From Vicugna vicugna (lineage: Eukaryota): a stretch of 64,000 nucleotides of DNA. The DNA is taken from NCBI GenBank assembly GCA_013265495.1, contig MU058636.1, forward strand, positions 372,001-436,000. Reading direction: 5' to 3'. Position 1 is the stretch's first letter; every line of letters starts with the position of its first letter. The notes under the pieces were generated by a model. That model did no database searches, was not told where the DNA came from, and saw only the letters and a list, made by a program, of their open reading frames with translations. Both the position numbers and the translations under genes were made by a program. Shown one piece after another: positions 12,336 through 25,029 of the stretch.

Positions 12336-12800
12336 TGTTGCAGCAAAGTGTGTTACAGCTCAGTGTGACAGCAGCCTGGATGCTGGTGAGACCAAGCAGC
12401 ACTCTGAGGATTGGAGAACTCAGGTTAATTATGCCAGCGGGCCCAGAGGAGTTAACGCTCCAAGCTCTGGACCTCCTCTGTAGGTTTACACAGGCTTTTA
12501 TAGGCTGCCAGTCCAGACTTTGCAACATCATATGCAAACAAGGTGTAACAAAGTGAACTAGTCAGGAATGAGCTTTTTAGAAATGGACCAATCAGGAGTG
12601 ATAGAAATGGACCAATCAGGAGTGAGCTTAGGGAACCAATAGAATCTTAGGGGTAAGTTCCAGTTTCCTAGAAGCAAGTTGTTTTACAGAAGCAAAAAGC
12701 GAGATAATGCTGCTGGGCCAGGGAACTGGATGGCGCTGGCAGGAAAGTAGTGGCCCTGCCTGTGGGTCCTACTGGTCTTTTCATGCGGCTTCCCACCTCA
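12336..12800 (-). mobile_element. Solo ERV LTR, same family as 9260-9788, copy 2
   Basis: End-to-end similarity to copy 1. TG...CA ends, own TSD tccc (12332-12335 / 12801-12804), TATAAAA at 12496-12502 (minus). Confidence 0.9.
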
Positions 12801-14690
12801 TCCCCTCCACCCCCAGCTGGAAGCTTACATTTGATCTCCGGCTCTCACTTGTCCTCTGACCACTCACTATGTGTTCTTTTTCTTAAGTGCTGTTTCTTGG
12901 TTTTGTCTCCATTTTCCCAGAGAACATGAGACCCTGAGCATCTGAAGCCCCTCAGCAGGTCTGTGCTCGTCCACTCCATTTTCCACACGTGATCATCTGG
13001 GTGGTATTTTTGTACGTAGAAACCTGTGCTGGCTCCCCGCAGGCTCTGGGAGGGAATTCTAAAGCTTCCAGCCTCCCCTCCCCGGCCTGCCCTGACTCCT
13101 AACGCCTGGGGGTCACCGTGCCTTCCAGGCCTGCGGTGCCTGCTCCTGGCCGTGCCCATGCAGTCATCTTTGGCTGGAGTGGGCCCTTGTCTGTGTCGCT
13201 TTTTCTTTCTCTCTGGGCCTCTCTTCCCCTTGAAGCTTCTGTAACTAATAGACTCTTGATGGCTTAAGGTGATGTAAAGGATTTTTTTCCCTGGCTCTAT
13301 ATTCCAGTGTAAACTTCTGTCCCATGACCTTGAGTCCTTGCTGGTCTGTGTAGAGAAGGGACAGGTGGGGAGGGTCCCAGTCTGCCTCAGAGCCCACCTC
13401 TGCCTGCCTCGGCTGGTGATGGGTTTGCCGCCCTGTCAGGTGCCCAGGTGCACCTGTCATCAGTGTGGAGTCTCCCGCAGAAATGAGACTTCTCTGGTAC
13501 TTTTTACTTATTTGGTTTTATTTATTAATTTTTAAAATGTACACATCAGAGAGTATGCCCCCTGACTTTACCAACTGGAGACTGTCATTCAGAAAGTCTT
13601 CCTAGATTTCAGGGTGCCAACAGGGGTCCACAGAGACATGAGATGTTCTCTTAATGCCGTGGAGGATTTGTGTGCAGCTGTTCTCTCCTCTCACCAAAGT
13701 CTCAGCCTCCCTGTTACCTGCCAATTCAGGGAAAACTGAGGAGGCCCTGTTGGCAGGCTCTTTCCGGATCTGGGCCAGTGTGTGTATGTAGGGACCAGCT
13801 GCACCCGTGGAGCCTGGGGTAGCAGCCTGTCCCAGCTCTCCGGGTCCTGTGCTTCGGTTTTAGTGGACAGTGGGTGGGCGCTCACAGTCCCATTTTCTTC
13901 CCGTGGCCCAGTCTTCTCTGTCTCTGTACAGCCCGCAGCTGCCACACGTGCATTTGGAATTTTTTATATGATCTGCCTTCACCATTTCTCTTTCAGATTT
14001 TTTTTTTTACTGTTTTTGTTTACACAAGTCTAAACATAGTCTGGACACATTATAATTCCTCTAGGAGTCAAGATGCCTTTAGAAGTATTAAGTGTAATGG
14101 CTGTATTATTGAAATATTAATGTTAAAAGCTTAAATCCCCAACGTCAGGAAATTAACCAGTTGATGTTATGATGTTCATTTCCTTACGCGGAATGAAGAA
14201 ACTGATTTATCATATAGCAAGTAAGTAGTTCAAGAACTGAGAAGACTTTGCGCTACGACGATGTGCTTCCTGGGATGACATAGCAGATATTAGCCTTTGT
14301 CACTGGGAAGCCATGTACGTCTTTGGTTTGCAGTTGCTGTTTCATCTTTTGGTGGGAGATTAACAGCACGCGTCTTCCTTTGCCCAGGTGTGCCTGCCAT
14401 GCTCACAGGGTTCATTAAAAACTCCCTAGCAACTTTCTCTGCAGTACTTTCTTGTTAAATTTCTAAACTCGATCACCATGGTGTTTGGTTTGGGCTCTTT
14501 CTAATTCCTCCAAGAATCAAGGTAACCTTAGAAATACTAAGCGCAATGACTGTACTGTAGATCTGTGAAAAGGTACCAGTTTAAATCTCCAGAGGTCAGG
14601 AAATTAAGTAACTAAGCTAAGGTGGTTATGCTCACAGTAAAATTATTCCTGGTTAATGTGATTATTTTATTTTGTCTTATTTTTTAACCC

Positions 14691-14785
14691 TTTTTTCAGT
14701 TGAAGTGTAGTTAATTTACAGTGTGTCAGTTTCTGGTGTACAACATCATGTTTCAGTCATATACATACATACATACCTTCCTTTT
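14691..14785 (-). mobile_element. Short L1 3' tip
   Basis: ttgaagtgtagttaatttacagtgtgtcagtttctggtgtacaacatcatg matches the other L1 3' ends in this window. Confidence 0.75.
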
Positions 14786-15724
14786 CATCTTCATGTGACA
14801 ATTTGAAATGTGATTCATTGTGTCCCCAAAATATACAGAGACTTCGACCTGGACAGATGTGTGACCAGCAACTGTTCGTGGAATTCCAGAGGGTCAGTTT
14901 ATACACGGCTGAGTGATTGCTCACAAATGCTGATTCCACGTTCCTCCTGTGGGAAGGTCATGCTTTGAAATCATTGCTTAAAGAGAAAGGGTGATCTTCT
15001 CTAAGAAGAATTCCACATCCCAATAAACTGCAGAGTGATCTGTAGTCAAGGGTCAAAGAGCAAGTGCCTTCTCATGCATATAAGTTATTTTTGATATCTT
15101 CTTATACCCAGCGGTTCAAGAACATATTTGTTTAGCCTATACAAGCGTTCCTGGTACTGAAATCGAAAATGTAGTTTTTTGGAAGAAAATAAATTAAGCG
15201 TATTAGGTTTGCTATTTAATATCTTTTGAGAAGTGAAAGAAAGTACGTCTTTTCATGGGATTTTTTTAGCCTCTCTGATTTGAGCTCTGTCACAACTGTT
15301 GGTCACATTTTCTTTCGATAAACAGTGGTGATTGATAGTTTTCAAACTTTCGAGACCCTGAAGCCTAAGTGAATAAATGGTCTCTTTCTTTTAAATGACA
15401 CTTGTTCACGAGCAGCTGCTGCTGGGTTTCTCTCATGCGCCGACCTCCTGACTCTCCTTGAACGCTACCCAGGACGCCTTTGCAGGAAAATGTGGATCTT
15501 TTAGGCATGTGAGATGTAAAAAGGAAAGAAGAAACTGAAAACACTAGGCTGTCTCAGTCCTGAAGAGGGCTTCGTGGGGCAGCCTAGGCACCCGGTTGTC
15601 ATCCCCCAACACGAAAGCTGTCCTGGTGTCCTCTGTCCTCTGTGAATTCGCTCACTGCACTTAGTCGTGTGTTCTGAAATCACAACAGATAGAAGGTGAT
15701 TTAATTCAGTAAGCACTAAAAGCA

Positions 15725-16610
15725 TTGGACACCATTAGTCATTTGGGAAGTGCAAATTAAAACTACTCAGTCTAGCACCCCGTACACATTAGAGTGGCTG
15801 AAATGAAAAAGACCAGTGGTGGAAGTGTTTGCAAAAATGGGGCAGAGCTAGGAGACTGGTGAGAAGACAAAGTGGTGCCAGCACTTTGGAGAACCGTCTC
15901 GCAGTTCCATAGAGGTAAACTTGCACGTGCTCTGTATGTATCTGTAGAGGGTATGACAGACTGATCCCAGCCTTACGTATCTACCCAAGAGCAATGAAAA
16001 CATACGTCCACACAAAGACTGGTATGTGAACGTTTATAGTAGAATTGTTCAGAATATCCTAAAAGTGGAAAAAAAAACCCCAGCGTACAATAATCAGTGA
16101 GTGGACCAATTACAGCATCGCCACACATTGGAATCGTATTTGGAAACAGAAGGGAATAAACTACTGATAAGTGCCGAACACTGAACAGACCTCAAAGAAC
16201 GAGGCTAAGTGAGCAGGCCAGGCAGGAAGACTGTGAGCTCCGACTCCTGTTTGTGCGGCGTTCCAGAAAAGGCAGAGCTGTAGCCCTCCATCAGTGACGG
16301 CTGGAGGCTGGGGTGAGGGGACGGGGCTGCCTGCAGAATGGCGGGCAGGGACATTCTGGGGTGGTGGAAATCTTATGTCTTAACTGTAGAGGAGGTCACG
16401 TGACCACCTGGAAGAGGGATTCTTGGCTGGCCTACGTACACTGTTGTTACTACCCTGCACAGAAACATCCCTGGTGGGTGACTTGCATTACTACGCTTCA
16501 CTTAGTTGTATGTCTTGAAACCCCTTTGTGTACTTTTGGCAAAACTCATTGAGATGTATGCTTAACATCACTCAGCTTCATGTTCATTTTAACTCATTGA
16601 AGCTGCTTCA
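15725..16610 (+). mobile_element. Old L1M (L1MD/ME-like) 3' region
   Basis: Degenerate ORF2 end and 3'UTR: gtgcaaattaaaactac, tacccaagagcaatgaaaacatacgtccacacaaagact, ggacattctggggtggtggaaatctt. Confidence 0.75.
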
Positions 16611-19600
16611 CGAAAGCAAAACAAAACCAAAAACCTTCTATAGAGGCTCATGTGCTAGTGCAAATTCAGTAAATTAGGTTGCTTTACTCTGAGAAGCTCA
16701 TTTTTTTTTATTGGAAATAGGAACATTCTGTGGGAGGTAGAGATGGCCAGTGTCGGGAAATGCCTGATGGGGGTGGCGGTAAAAGGTGGCCAGAGGGTAC
16801 CAGCCGGACACCTGGGCGCTGGGAGCAGGAGGCCACATCATCTCTGGAGGATGTTTGCTACGTGCCTGTGCAGTATCATTCCATCTTCCTTGAAATTATT
16901 TGTGTTCTAGGAAATCTGCGATGTTACACATTTAAAAGAGGTCCCCCTGGTTAGCTAATGAACTTGAAATTTTGAGAGACTTCATAGCATGTATGATTGG
17001 TGTTTGGGCCTCAGGTTTACAAAAACTTTGACACCCATTAGGGTCCGTCAGTGCGAAAGCATTGGGAGTATTAGTGCTGTCAAGCAAGGGGTGTGATCAG
17101 ACTGGAAATGAACGTGATAGTAAAAGCAAACAAGCACACCTGGCAGTGGCAGGTGAGTGCGGTACCTGGCGTGAGAGGCGGACAGTGGAGAGATCTGTGC
17201 AAGAGGAGCGTGTGGTGCTGAGGAGGCATGTGGCGAGGGACCAGCACAAGGAATAGCAGGATGGGAGAACCACAAACCCATTCTGCACCGTGGTCGTGAG
17301 GATGAGCGTGGTCCTCAGATGCTCACTCGCCCGAGGTTAATTCGGGAGAAGGTTGTTTGTAGTTCGCTCTCGAACTTGAAGGCTGAGTGTGATTCAGTTG
17401 AGTGGCCGCTCATGAAACTCTAGCGTCCTGGCTTCCAGCATCATCAGCTCCAAGCCAGTTGGAATTTGCAGAGCATCAAAGTGAGGGCCGAGGCAGCTGC
17501 TGCTACTAAGATCTGTCAGAAATCCCTCGTGATGCTGCCAAGCTCCCAAGAGGGGAGAGGGTTACCTGCCTTGACAGAGTTCAGTGCTGCTGAAATGGTT
17601 TAATTTTGAGGAAAGATCCTTGCTGTCTGCAGATTGGTAGAAATGCAACCAGGTTCTAGAAATTGTCATCTTTCCTGGTTTATTTATTAAATCCAAGGTG
17701 ATTCATAGCAGAACTACCTTTCAGATCCCACCTGCTCGTAGGTGGAGGGGACTGCACTTTAGCCGTGCTCAGGGTCCATCAGGTGAGCCTCTGATCTGTG
17801 CATCAGCAGAGAGAACTGCTCCCTGAGCTCGTAGGGTAGCACTGTCCCGGTGTGTATATGATCTTTCTTAAGATCCGGAAGCCCAGGGGCGAGTGCTGAC
17901 CTTACTGACGAGACGTGCGGAGCTCCCTGTGCAGCACATCTAGGGAAAAGCGTGTGTCTGGCGTGGCTAGAGATCCGTCTTCAGACACCATTGCCCACTT
18001 TTGGCTTTAAGTCATGTGTATTTCAACTGTGAAAGAAAGTAAAATTGCAGAACACATGTGAAAGGCTGAAAATATATTTTTAACACTCATGCCTACAAGG
18101 CAAGCTCTAATTAAGAATTTTCGAATGTTTCATATTCATATCTTTCAGGGAATGAACCCCCAGCCCAAACTCCCTGTGCTCCTCGTAACAGCTAAGTCCA
18201 CTGTAACTTTCAGTAATTGGTTTTTTATTAAAATAAGAGACCTCAGTATAAATTTTAGCAACGAGGCTAAATAGGCATTAACGGGCCCTGGGATCCAACC
18301 ACAATCTGTAACATCGTTCCTTTGGGAAAATAGATTCTAAGTGCCCAATAACTAACTTACAAATAGACTCTTGAATCATAGTCCATTTGAGAATAAGGAA
18401 CTGTTTGTGATAGTAATACCTCCGATTGGCTTGCTCCAGAACGGCTCAGAAGGGACCTATATTCTGCCGCACGTGTGTGGTGAGCCAAGCCAGTCTGGGT
18501 TTGATCAAAGATTCTTGCTGAGTGGCCACTGAAAGCGGAGGAAGTAAAACCGAAGTAGAGGCTGGAGACGCCTCAAGGGCGGGGCTGGAAGGATGGGTCT
18601 GGAGGGGTTTTAGTGGTGGGAGAGGTTTTCAGCCTCAAAGGTGAAGCTGTGATTCTGAGCAGATGAAGGGAACATTTCAGGGTGGTTCAGGTAAGGAAGG
18701 AGGTTAGATAGAGAGGACCTTGATGGCAACAAGGCCAGAATACAGGGAGCAAGAAGAATCGAGAATCATCATTTTTTCAGGAAAATGTACCAGGGAGGCT
18801 GAACAGCCCACGAGGAGTGCGGACAGATGCCTTCATGCCCTATAAATAACCTCTTAAAGATGGTACAGTGAAGGTTTGGAATCAAGACTTAGACGCATCA
18901 ATTCATTTCTGAAGTCAGCAAATTTACTGAACACCTGCTGTGGGCTTGCATGAGCAGACGTTGGCAAAGGGAGTTTCGGCCTTCATTGAATTTACAGTTT
19001 AGTATAATTTCAGCCAAACACAGAAATGGGCCGAAGCAGCCTGGGTGTGATGGCGGTGACGCCTACGGCCTGCCCACAGAGGAGTAGCAGCTCTTCGCTG
19101 TCTCCTTTGTTTCGGGGCCTGCCGCCCTGGTTGCACGGTAAGACCTCTGGGGGTGGACAGCACGGGGCTCAGCAGGCGCTACAGTGACTGCGCCGTGCTT
19201 GGCTGATTGTAATGGGTTTGACTCGTGTCGCTGCTGAACTGAACCCTTTAAGCATCAGAAAACTAGTGTTTGTTAACGTTCTGTACTCTTGACCAGTGTG
19301 TGGGGAAATGCCTGGTTAATGGAATATAAACGTGAAATTTCTTTTATTGCTGTTGTGGGGTTTAGTAAAGGTGCGCTGGCTGCTGGTGGGGAGCACGGCC
19401 GCCATGTTTCTACAGCGTGCAGTTCAGCACAGCCATCGGGTGGTTACTCCCACGGGCATCACCTTCTCCCATTGGCCTTGCCCCACCCACCCACTCCGTG
19501 TGCTCGCAGCCTCACCTCCTATGCTGCGGTCCATGCCTGCATCTGTCACTACAGTCACCATGTTAGAGCAGAAGACTTGCTCCAGACGATAAATGTGATA

Positions 19601-19721
19601 GTCTGGTGCTTGTGCAGTGACTGTGCCTGTACGGTGCTGTGGTTGCCAACATGTCTTTTCATCTCCAAATCCTCTATGCCAGGGAGACTGCAGCATCGCC
19701 AGCAGGCCCAAGGAGTGGCCT

Positions 19722-20070
19722 TTGGTCTTAGGCAGCTTGGGCTGCTGTAACAAAAGCACCGTAGCCTGGGTGGCTTAAGCAACAGGAATTTACCCCTGGT
19801 AGTTGTGGAGGCTGGAAGCCCAGCATCAAGCTGTCAGCGTCTGATGAGGGCTCACTTCCTGGTTTGCAGAGGGACTGTCTTCTTGCAGTGGATCCACGTG
19901 GCCAGAGGGGGAGATTAGAATTGAAGGTGGAGGGAGGAAGGGGCAGGGAAGAAACTCTTCCTGCCTCTTCTTATAAGGGCACTAGTCCCATTGCGAGGGC
20001 CCCACCCTCATGACCTAGTGACCTCCCAAAGAGATCCTATCTTCAGATACATTGGGGATTAAGGTTTTCA
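19722..20070 (-). mobile_element. MLT1A-like MaLR LTR
   Basis: gggctgctgtaacaaaagcacc...ggtggcttaagcaacaggaatt...cttataagggcactagtcccatt...ccccaccctcatgacct. Confidence 0.8.
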
Positions 20071-20094
20071 CAAGCAGCCCAGGCTGAGCCCCCT

Positions 20095-20634
20095 TGTCTG
20101 GGCCAGGGAGGTTCTTTTTCTGCATGAATTGCATGGTCAGTAATGAAACCCATGCTGAGGTTGGAACAGCACAGGTTTCATTCAGTGACAGAGAATGGAG
20201 AAGCAGGAACTTAGTTCACAGGTCAGCCTCTCAGCCTGTTTCGGGTGGAGACACCATTTGATAGGAGGGTTGAGGTAAAAGGGAAGGAGCTGGAAAGAGC
20301 GGGAGGAATGTCGTGACTGCTCCCAGAACAGGGGTGTGGTCTGGAGCCAGAACTCAGGCAGCACTACTTTTCAGTCACTGTCTTGGCTTTTCTGGTTGTT
20401 GTCATGGTGATGGCCAGCTGCCGTGGTGGGCGTGTGATTCAGGAGTTAATGTGTGACAGTGGGTGGAAGAGGCTCAAGGTCACTGGAAGTCAACTCCTCC
20501 GCCATCTTAGGCCTAGTTGGTTCTAACCAGTTCTTGTTTTTTTCTTTGCAGCTGCCTTCTGAGACTTAGATGAGGGCAGCTGGTTTCCTTTCGAGGGAGG
20601 GGCAGTGGTGTGATCCTGGGGCCCTGAGGGAACA
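20095..20634 (-). mobile_element. Probable older ERV1-type LTR
   Basis: gaggctcaaggtcactggaagtcaactcctccgccatcttaggcctagttggttctaaccagtt resembles recalled ERV1 LTR text. Ends and TSD not resolved. Confidence 0.5.
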
Positions 20635-21469
20635 TCAGGAGCATAGTGTTCTCAGCACGATTCTGCCATTTGTATTCCCTTTGCTCAGGCGTGATCTGGC
20701 AGTCTGGCCCCTAGGACACCCGAGTCTCCCATACCAGTAGGTGGTCACCTGCCGATAGTCAGGCCTCCTTACTCCCTGCTTCCTGCTGGACAGTCTGTCC
20801 TCATGCATGCTCCAGAAGTAACCCCAGTAGAGAAAGTGCCCTTTGTAATATCATCATCTCTGCATGTCTCCACTTGTGCTTTGCCCCCTTAAGGAGAAGC
20901 CACAGGAAAGGTCTTCACATCTCAGGGATTTGTATCCTCAGCCTTTTCCTCCATAAACCCACGGGAGAGGCTGATGGGCTTCAAGGACCCCGGGCTAGAC
21001 CGTTCCTCTCCCACAGCACTGGCCTGCTGTCCACGGCCCAGACCTGCGACCCAGCCCCATCACTTTGGTGACGTGTTTCCCAGGAGGATTCTCTGTCCAC
21101 TGTGCACTGAGCCCGGCGGCACACCCTCCGGAACTGCCCAGACTATTCCCAGTTCCCTGGTGAACCACCCCCAGGCTTCCAAGCTGGCGTTTCCCAGAGT
21201 GGGTGGAACTTTCTCCTCTACCTAGATTCGAAAGGGCAGGCTGTTTGCACAGCTAAAGTAAACATAGATGTTTTGTTGAGATTCAGAATTACACAGCTAA
21301 TCAAGAATGAGATATAGAAAGTGTCCTTTATTTTTTAGTCAAAGTCAATTTACCTTTTACTCTAGGGCATTATTCTATCCATTCTTCTTCTGTTAGTATG
21401 TGGACAAAGCAGGCACTGTCACTGATGGCGCTGATGCTGATGCACTGCCTGGCGTGGGAAGCTCCCAAT

Positions 21470-21690
21470 GAATACATAGTAACGGGAATGAGAATGGGTT
21501 GTACGGGGCTCATCACCTGCCAGGCAGGTCACAGTCAGTAGCTCAGTTTTCATAACAAAAGTGCTACGAAGTGAGTGTTCGCTCCATTTTACACATGAGA
21601 AAACTGCTGTGTAAAGAGGATCAGAGGTCATAGGTGGGGAGTTGGGACGAGACCCCAGGCCACCTGATCACAGAATCACAATCGTGCCTT
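21470..21690 (-). mobile_element. MIR fossil
   Basis: ctccattttacacatgagaaaactgctgtgtaaagagg is the MIR core in reverse orientation. Confidence 0.6.
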
Positions 21691-22133
21691 CAATGCGTCT
21701 TGTTTTGACATTGTCAGAGTCTCTTGTTGAGAAGGAAAATTGAGCAGAAACGCTTCTCACTTTGTGATGTAGCTGACCCTCAGTTTAATGAGCGGTAGGA
21801 TTCCTGCTCACTCACATATTTCTTAACAGTAACTGATGTTATCGTGTGATAGATTACATGTAAGTGTAACTTAATGGGCAAAGGACAGTTGTCCGGACAG
21901 AATAATTTCAGCAGACTTCGGTGGATCCTTGATTAACTTAAAGCATTTTTTTTATTGTGAACCAAAAACTGTATTCTTGTATTTCCACCAGTTATCCTGC
22001 TCATAGTCATAAGTTATGATACCCGGAAAGATCAGAACATCATTTTTTAATCTTAAAAATGATTGTGTGCTTTAATTCCATCTGATGATAAACATCACAC
22101 CAAGGCAATTACTTTGGCTGGTAGTAATTTTGT

Positions 22134-22138
<5 letters not shown>

Positions 22139-22194
<56 letters not shown>

Positions 22195-22206
22195 CATACA
22201 TACATA
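22139..22206. repeat. Compound microsatellite (TG)22(TA)n(TACA)n
   Basis: Directly visible. Confidence 0.95.
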
Positions 22207-22856
22207 GTCAGTTTGCAAGGCTGGTAGTAATGATTTAAAAGGTATTGGCAGTTTAATTTAATTAGATATTTTCTGTAACATGAAAAAATTATTTCATTCT
22301 TACTCTGATGATAGATGGAGAGAAATGGTTTACTTTGAAGAGCTCAGCAGAGTACAGAAGTTAATCCTTTGTGTTATTTTTATATTTGCTAATATCTTTT
22401 GGATGGTTTCAAGATGACCTTGTGCGAACTGAGAAATGCTTGGCATTTAAGCTCCAGCAATGTTACCTTTTCCCAAAAAACACTTGTTTACTTGGAGTTT
22501 CCTGTTCTAGGGGCATCAAGAATAACATGTATGTCGTATAAAGGAGAGGAGAGAAAGACAGTCATAAGAACATTAGTAATTAAAGTTCCAAGGGGGAAGA
22601 GTTTGCAAACTCTAGATCCATGGCTGACTGCAGCCGGAGTAGGTTACTGTAAGTATCAGATGTCAGTATTGCTCCAGGGGTGCTTCCCCCCAGAACGCAG
22701 ACCTGGAGGGCAGGCCAGGAGACTGTAATGAATAAACATGCCAGGTTGAGCTGTGTCTGTATGTTTCACATCACAGTGGCCATATTCTCATTTTTCAGGG
22801 GCTTCCTTTCGATTTCTGGGTCTTTTGTCTGTCTTTGTGAAAATTCTGCTTTTTGA

Positions 22857-23147
<291 letters not shown>

Positions 23148-23608
23148 TAGGGGTTACGTTTTGGGGTGAAAAAGTGCAAAACAAAAAATAGAAACTCAAC
23201 TGTCCACTCCCAGATTTTCTGGAAGGCGGTTAGTGGGTTTTACATTTCCGTTTTACTTACTGTCTTGTGAGAAGACAGAAGTGATCAGAGCCAGGGTGGG
23301 ATAAAGAGGGAGAATGTGGCCTCAGGCTGGCGGGGGCGTTAGAAGGGCCCCGGGGACTTGGTCGCTCGGTTCTGGAGGGGTGCTCTCGACCTCCAGGCCT
23401 TGTGGGACCTTGGTGCTGCTTTTCTGTTGGACGGTGGGTATTTGGTTGGGGCCATGCTCTGCCAAGTTTTGTTTTAGGATCTAACCAGACACCTTTGTTG
23501 ACTTTTCTTGAAGTCTAGGAAAGTGTTTTAGGGTGCGATTGTTACATCCATAGATGACTGGCCATGCAAGGTCCAGTTTTCACAGAGATCTGAAAGTCAG
23601 GCAAATTA

Positions 23609-24064
23609 TGGGTGTCCCTCAGAGACACTACAGGTCTGCGGGCTTGGTTCCAGTGAATGGCTATGAAGCCATGATGTGAATCCCGTGAACATCTTGTTTT
23701 CCCAGTGCAGACAGAAGTCGTGTTCACACTATACTGTAGGCTGTTAAGTGTGCGGTAGCATTATGTCAGAAAAAACCAATGTCCATACCTTAAGCCAAAA
23801 ATACTGTATTGCTAAAAAATGCTAACCATCGTCTGAGCCTTCAGCGAGTCATGATCTTTTAGCCAGTCGAGGGTTTGGAATATTTCAAGAATTACTAAAA
23901 TGTGATGCAGAGTCGAGAAGATACAAAGTGAGCAAATGCTGTTGGAAAAATGGTGCCAACAGACTTGCCTGACGCAGGGTTGCCCCAAGCCTTCAGTTTG
24001 TAAAAAAAATACGTTATCTAGGAAGCACAATACAGCAAAGCATGACAAAATGAGGTGTGATCAT
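23609..24064 (-). mobile_element. Tigger1 internal-deletion derivative (Tigger1a_Art-like MITE)
   Basis: Both Tigger1 ends are joined: ...tgctaaaaaatgctaaccatcgtctgagccttcagcgagtc... and ...gctgttggaaaaatggtgccaacagacttgcctgacgcagggttgcc... Confidence 0.85.
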
Positions 24065-25029
24065 ATACAGAAAATAAACTCTGTAAAGATGGGTGGCACC
24101 ACCCCAGCTTTGCAGTAAACAGCTTCAAAGGTAAGAGGGACCGTCCCACTTCTAAAAGCTCTGTGCTCAGGCAGTCAGTCCTGTGTGTGCGTAAATGCTC
24201 AATGCCTGTTACTGGATTAATAGCTTCATTTGCGCCTGCTCTTATATTTTATGGTTATACACTGTTTTGCATTTTTTGGATTTCTTAAAAAAATGATCTC
24301 AGTTGAAGTATAGGTCATACACTTTTACATGCATTGTGTTTGTTGGTGTTTTCTCAGAAGCCAGTTGTTAGAGGGCTTTTTAACTCCTTGCTGCGCTAGT
24401 CCTTTAAGAACACCCGCTGTGGGTTCAAGCATGGTCCAGTTGGAATAACTAGTGTCACATTGACAAGTGGCCTTATTAGAAGGCCCTAGTGACATCACCC
24501 GCCACACCTGTCTGCCCCAGCCTCCCGGCACTGCCTGTTGGAATACCCAGCAGATCTGAGGGCAAGCTCACCTGCCGGCCATTCTCTCTCCCACGTCTTC
24601 CCAGCCTTGCCGCCTCCTCCCTGGCTGTTTCCTGTACAACACCAAAGAATCTGTTGTCATTTCCTTACGAATATACCTCCCCCAGAACCCTGAGTGTCTG
24701 TCCTCATGTAATGATTTTCCCTGTCATTCTATTCTACTGTCCTGATCCCCTCTGTTTACTTTCAAACCTGCTACCAACAGCCAAGGAGGCTGGAGTGACT
24801 ATTGGAGCATCTGGGATGGAAAAGCGTGCTACTTTTGTGCTTGTGGTTGCAGGATGTCCAAGGACCAGGGGGGCGAGGAACACATTCAAATGTGTTTGGG
24901 TGTTTTGCCTTTAAGTTAGGAAGCTGGGTGCCGCTGTGAGGGATGTGGGACTGGGAGGAATGACCAGAGCATCTGGAAATGAAAAACTATGCTTCCTGAT
25001 TTTACAGGGGTCTCTTTCCCTTTAAAAAA

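Noticed and set aside
9260..12800. A single provirus or LTR retrotransposon bounded by two LTRs
   Set aside because: Each LTR has its own distinct TSD; the interior is host and L1 sequence without PBS, PPT or retroviral ORFs.
18290..18410. Possible old Tigger-family terminal fragment
   Set aside because: Similarity too weak to support without an alignment.
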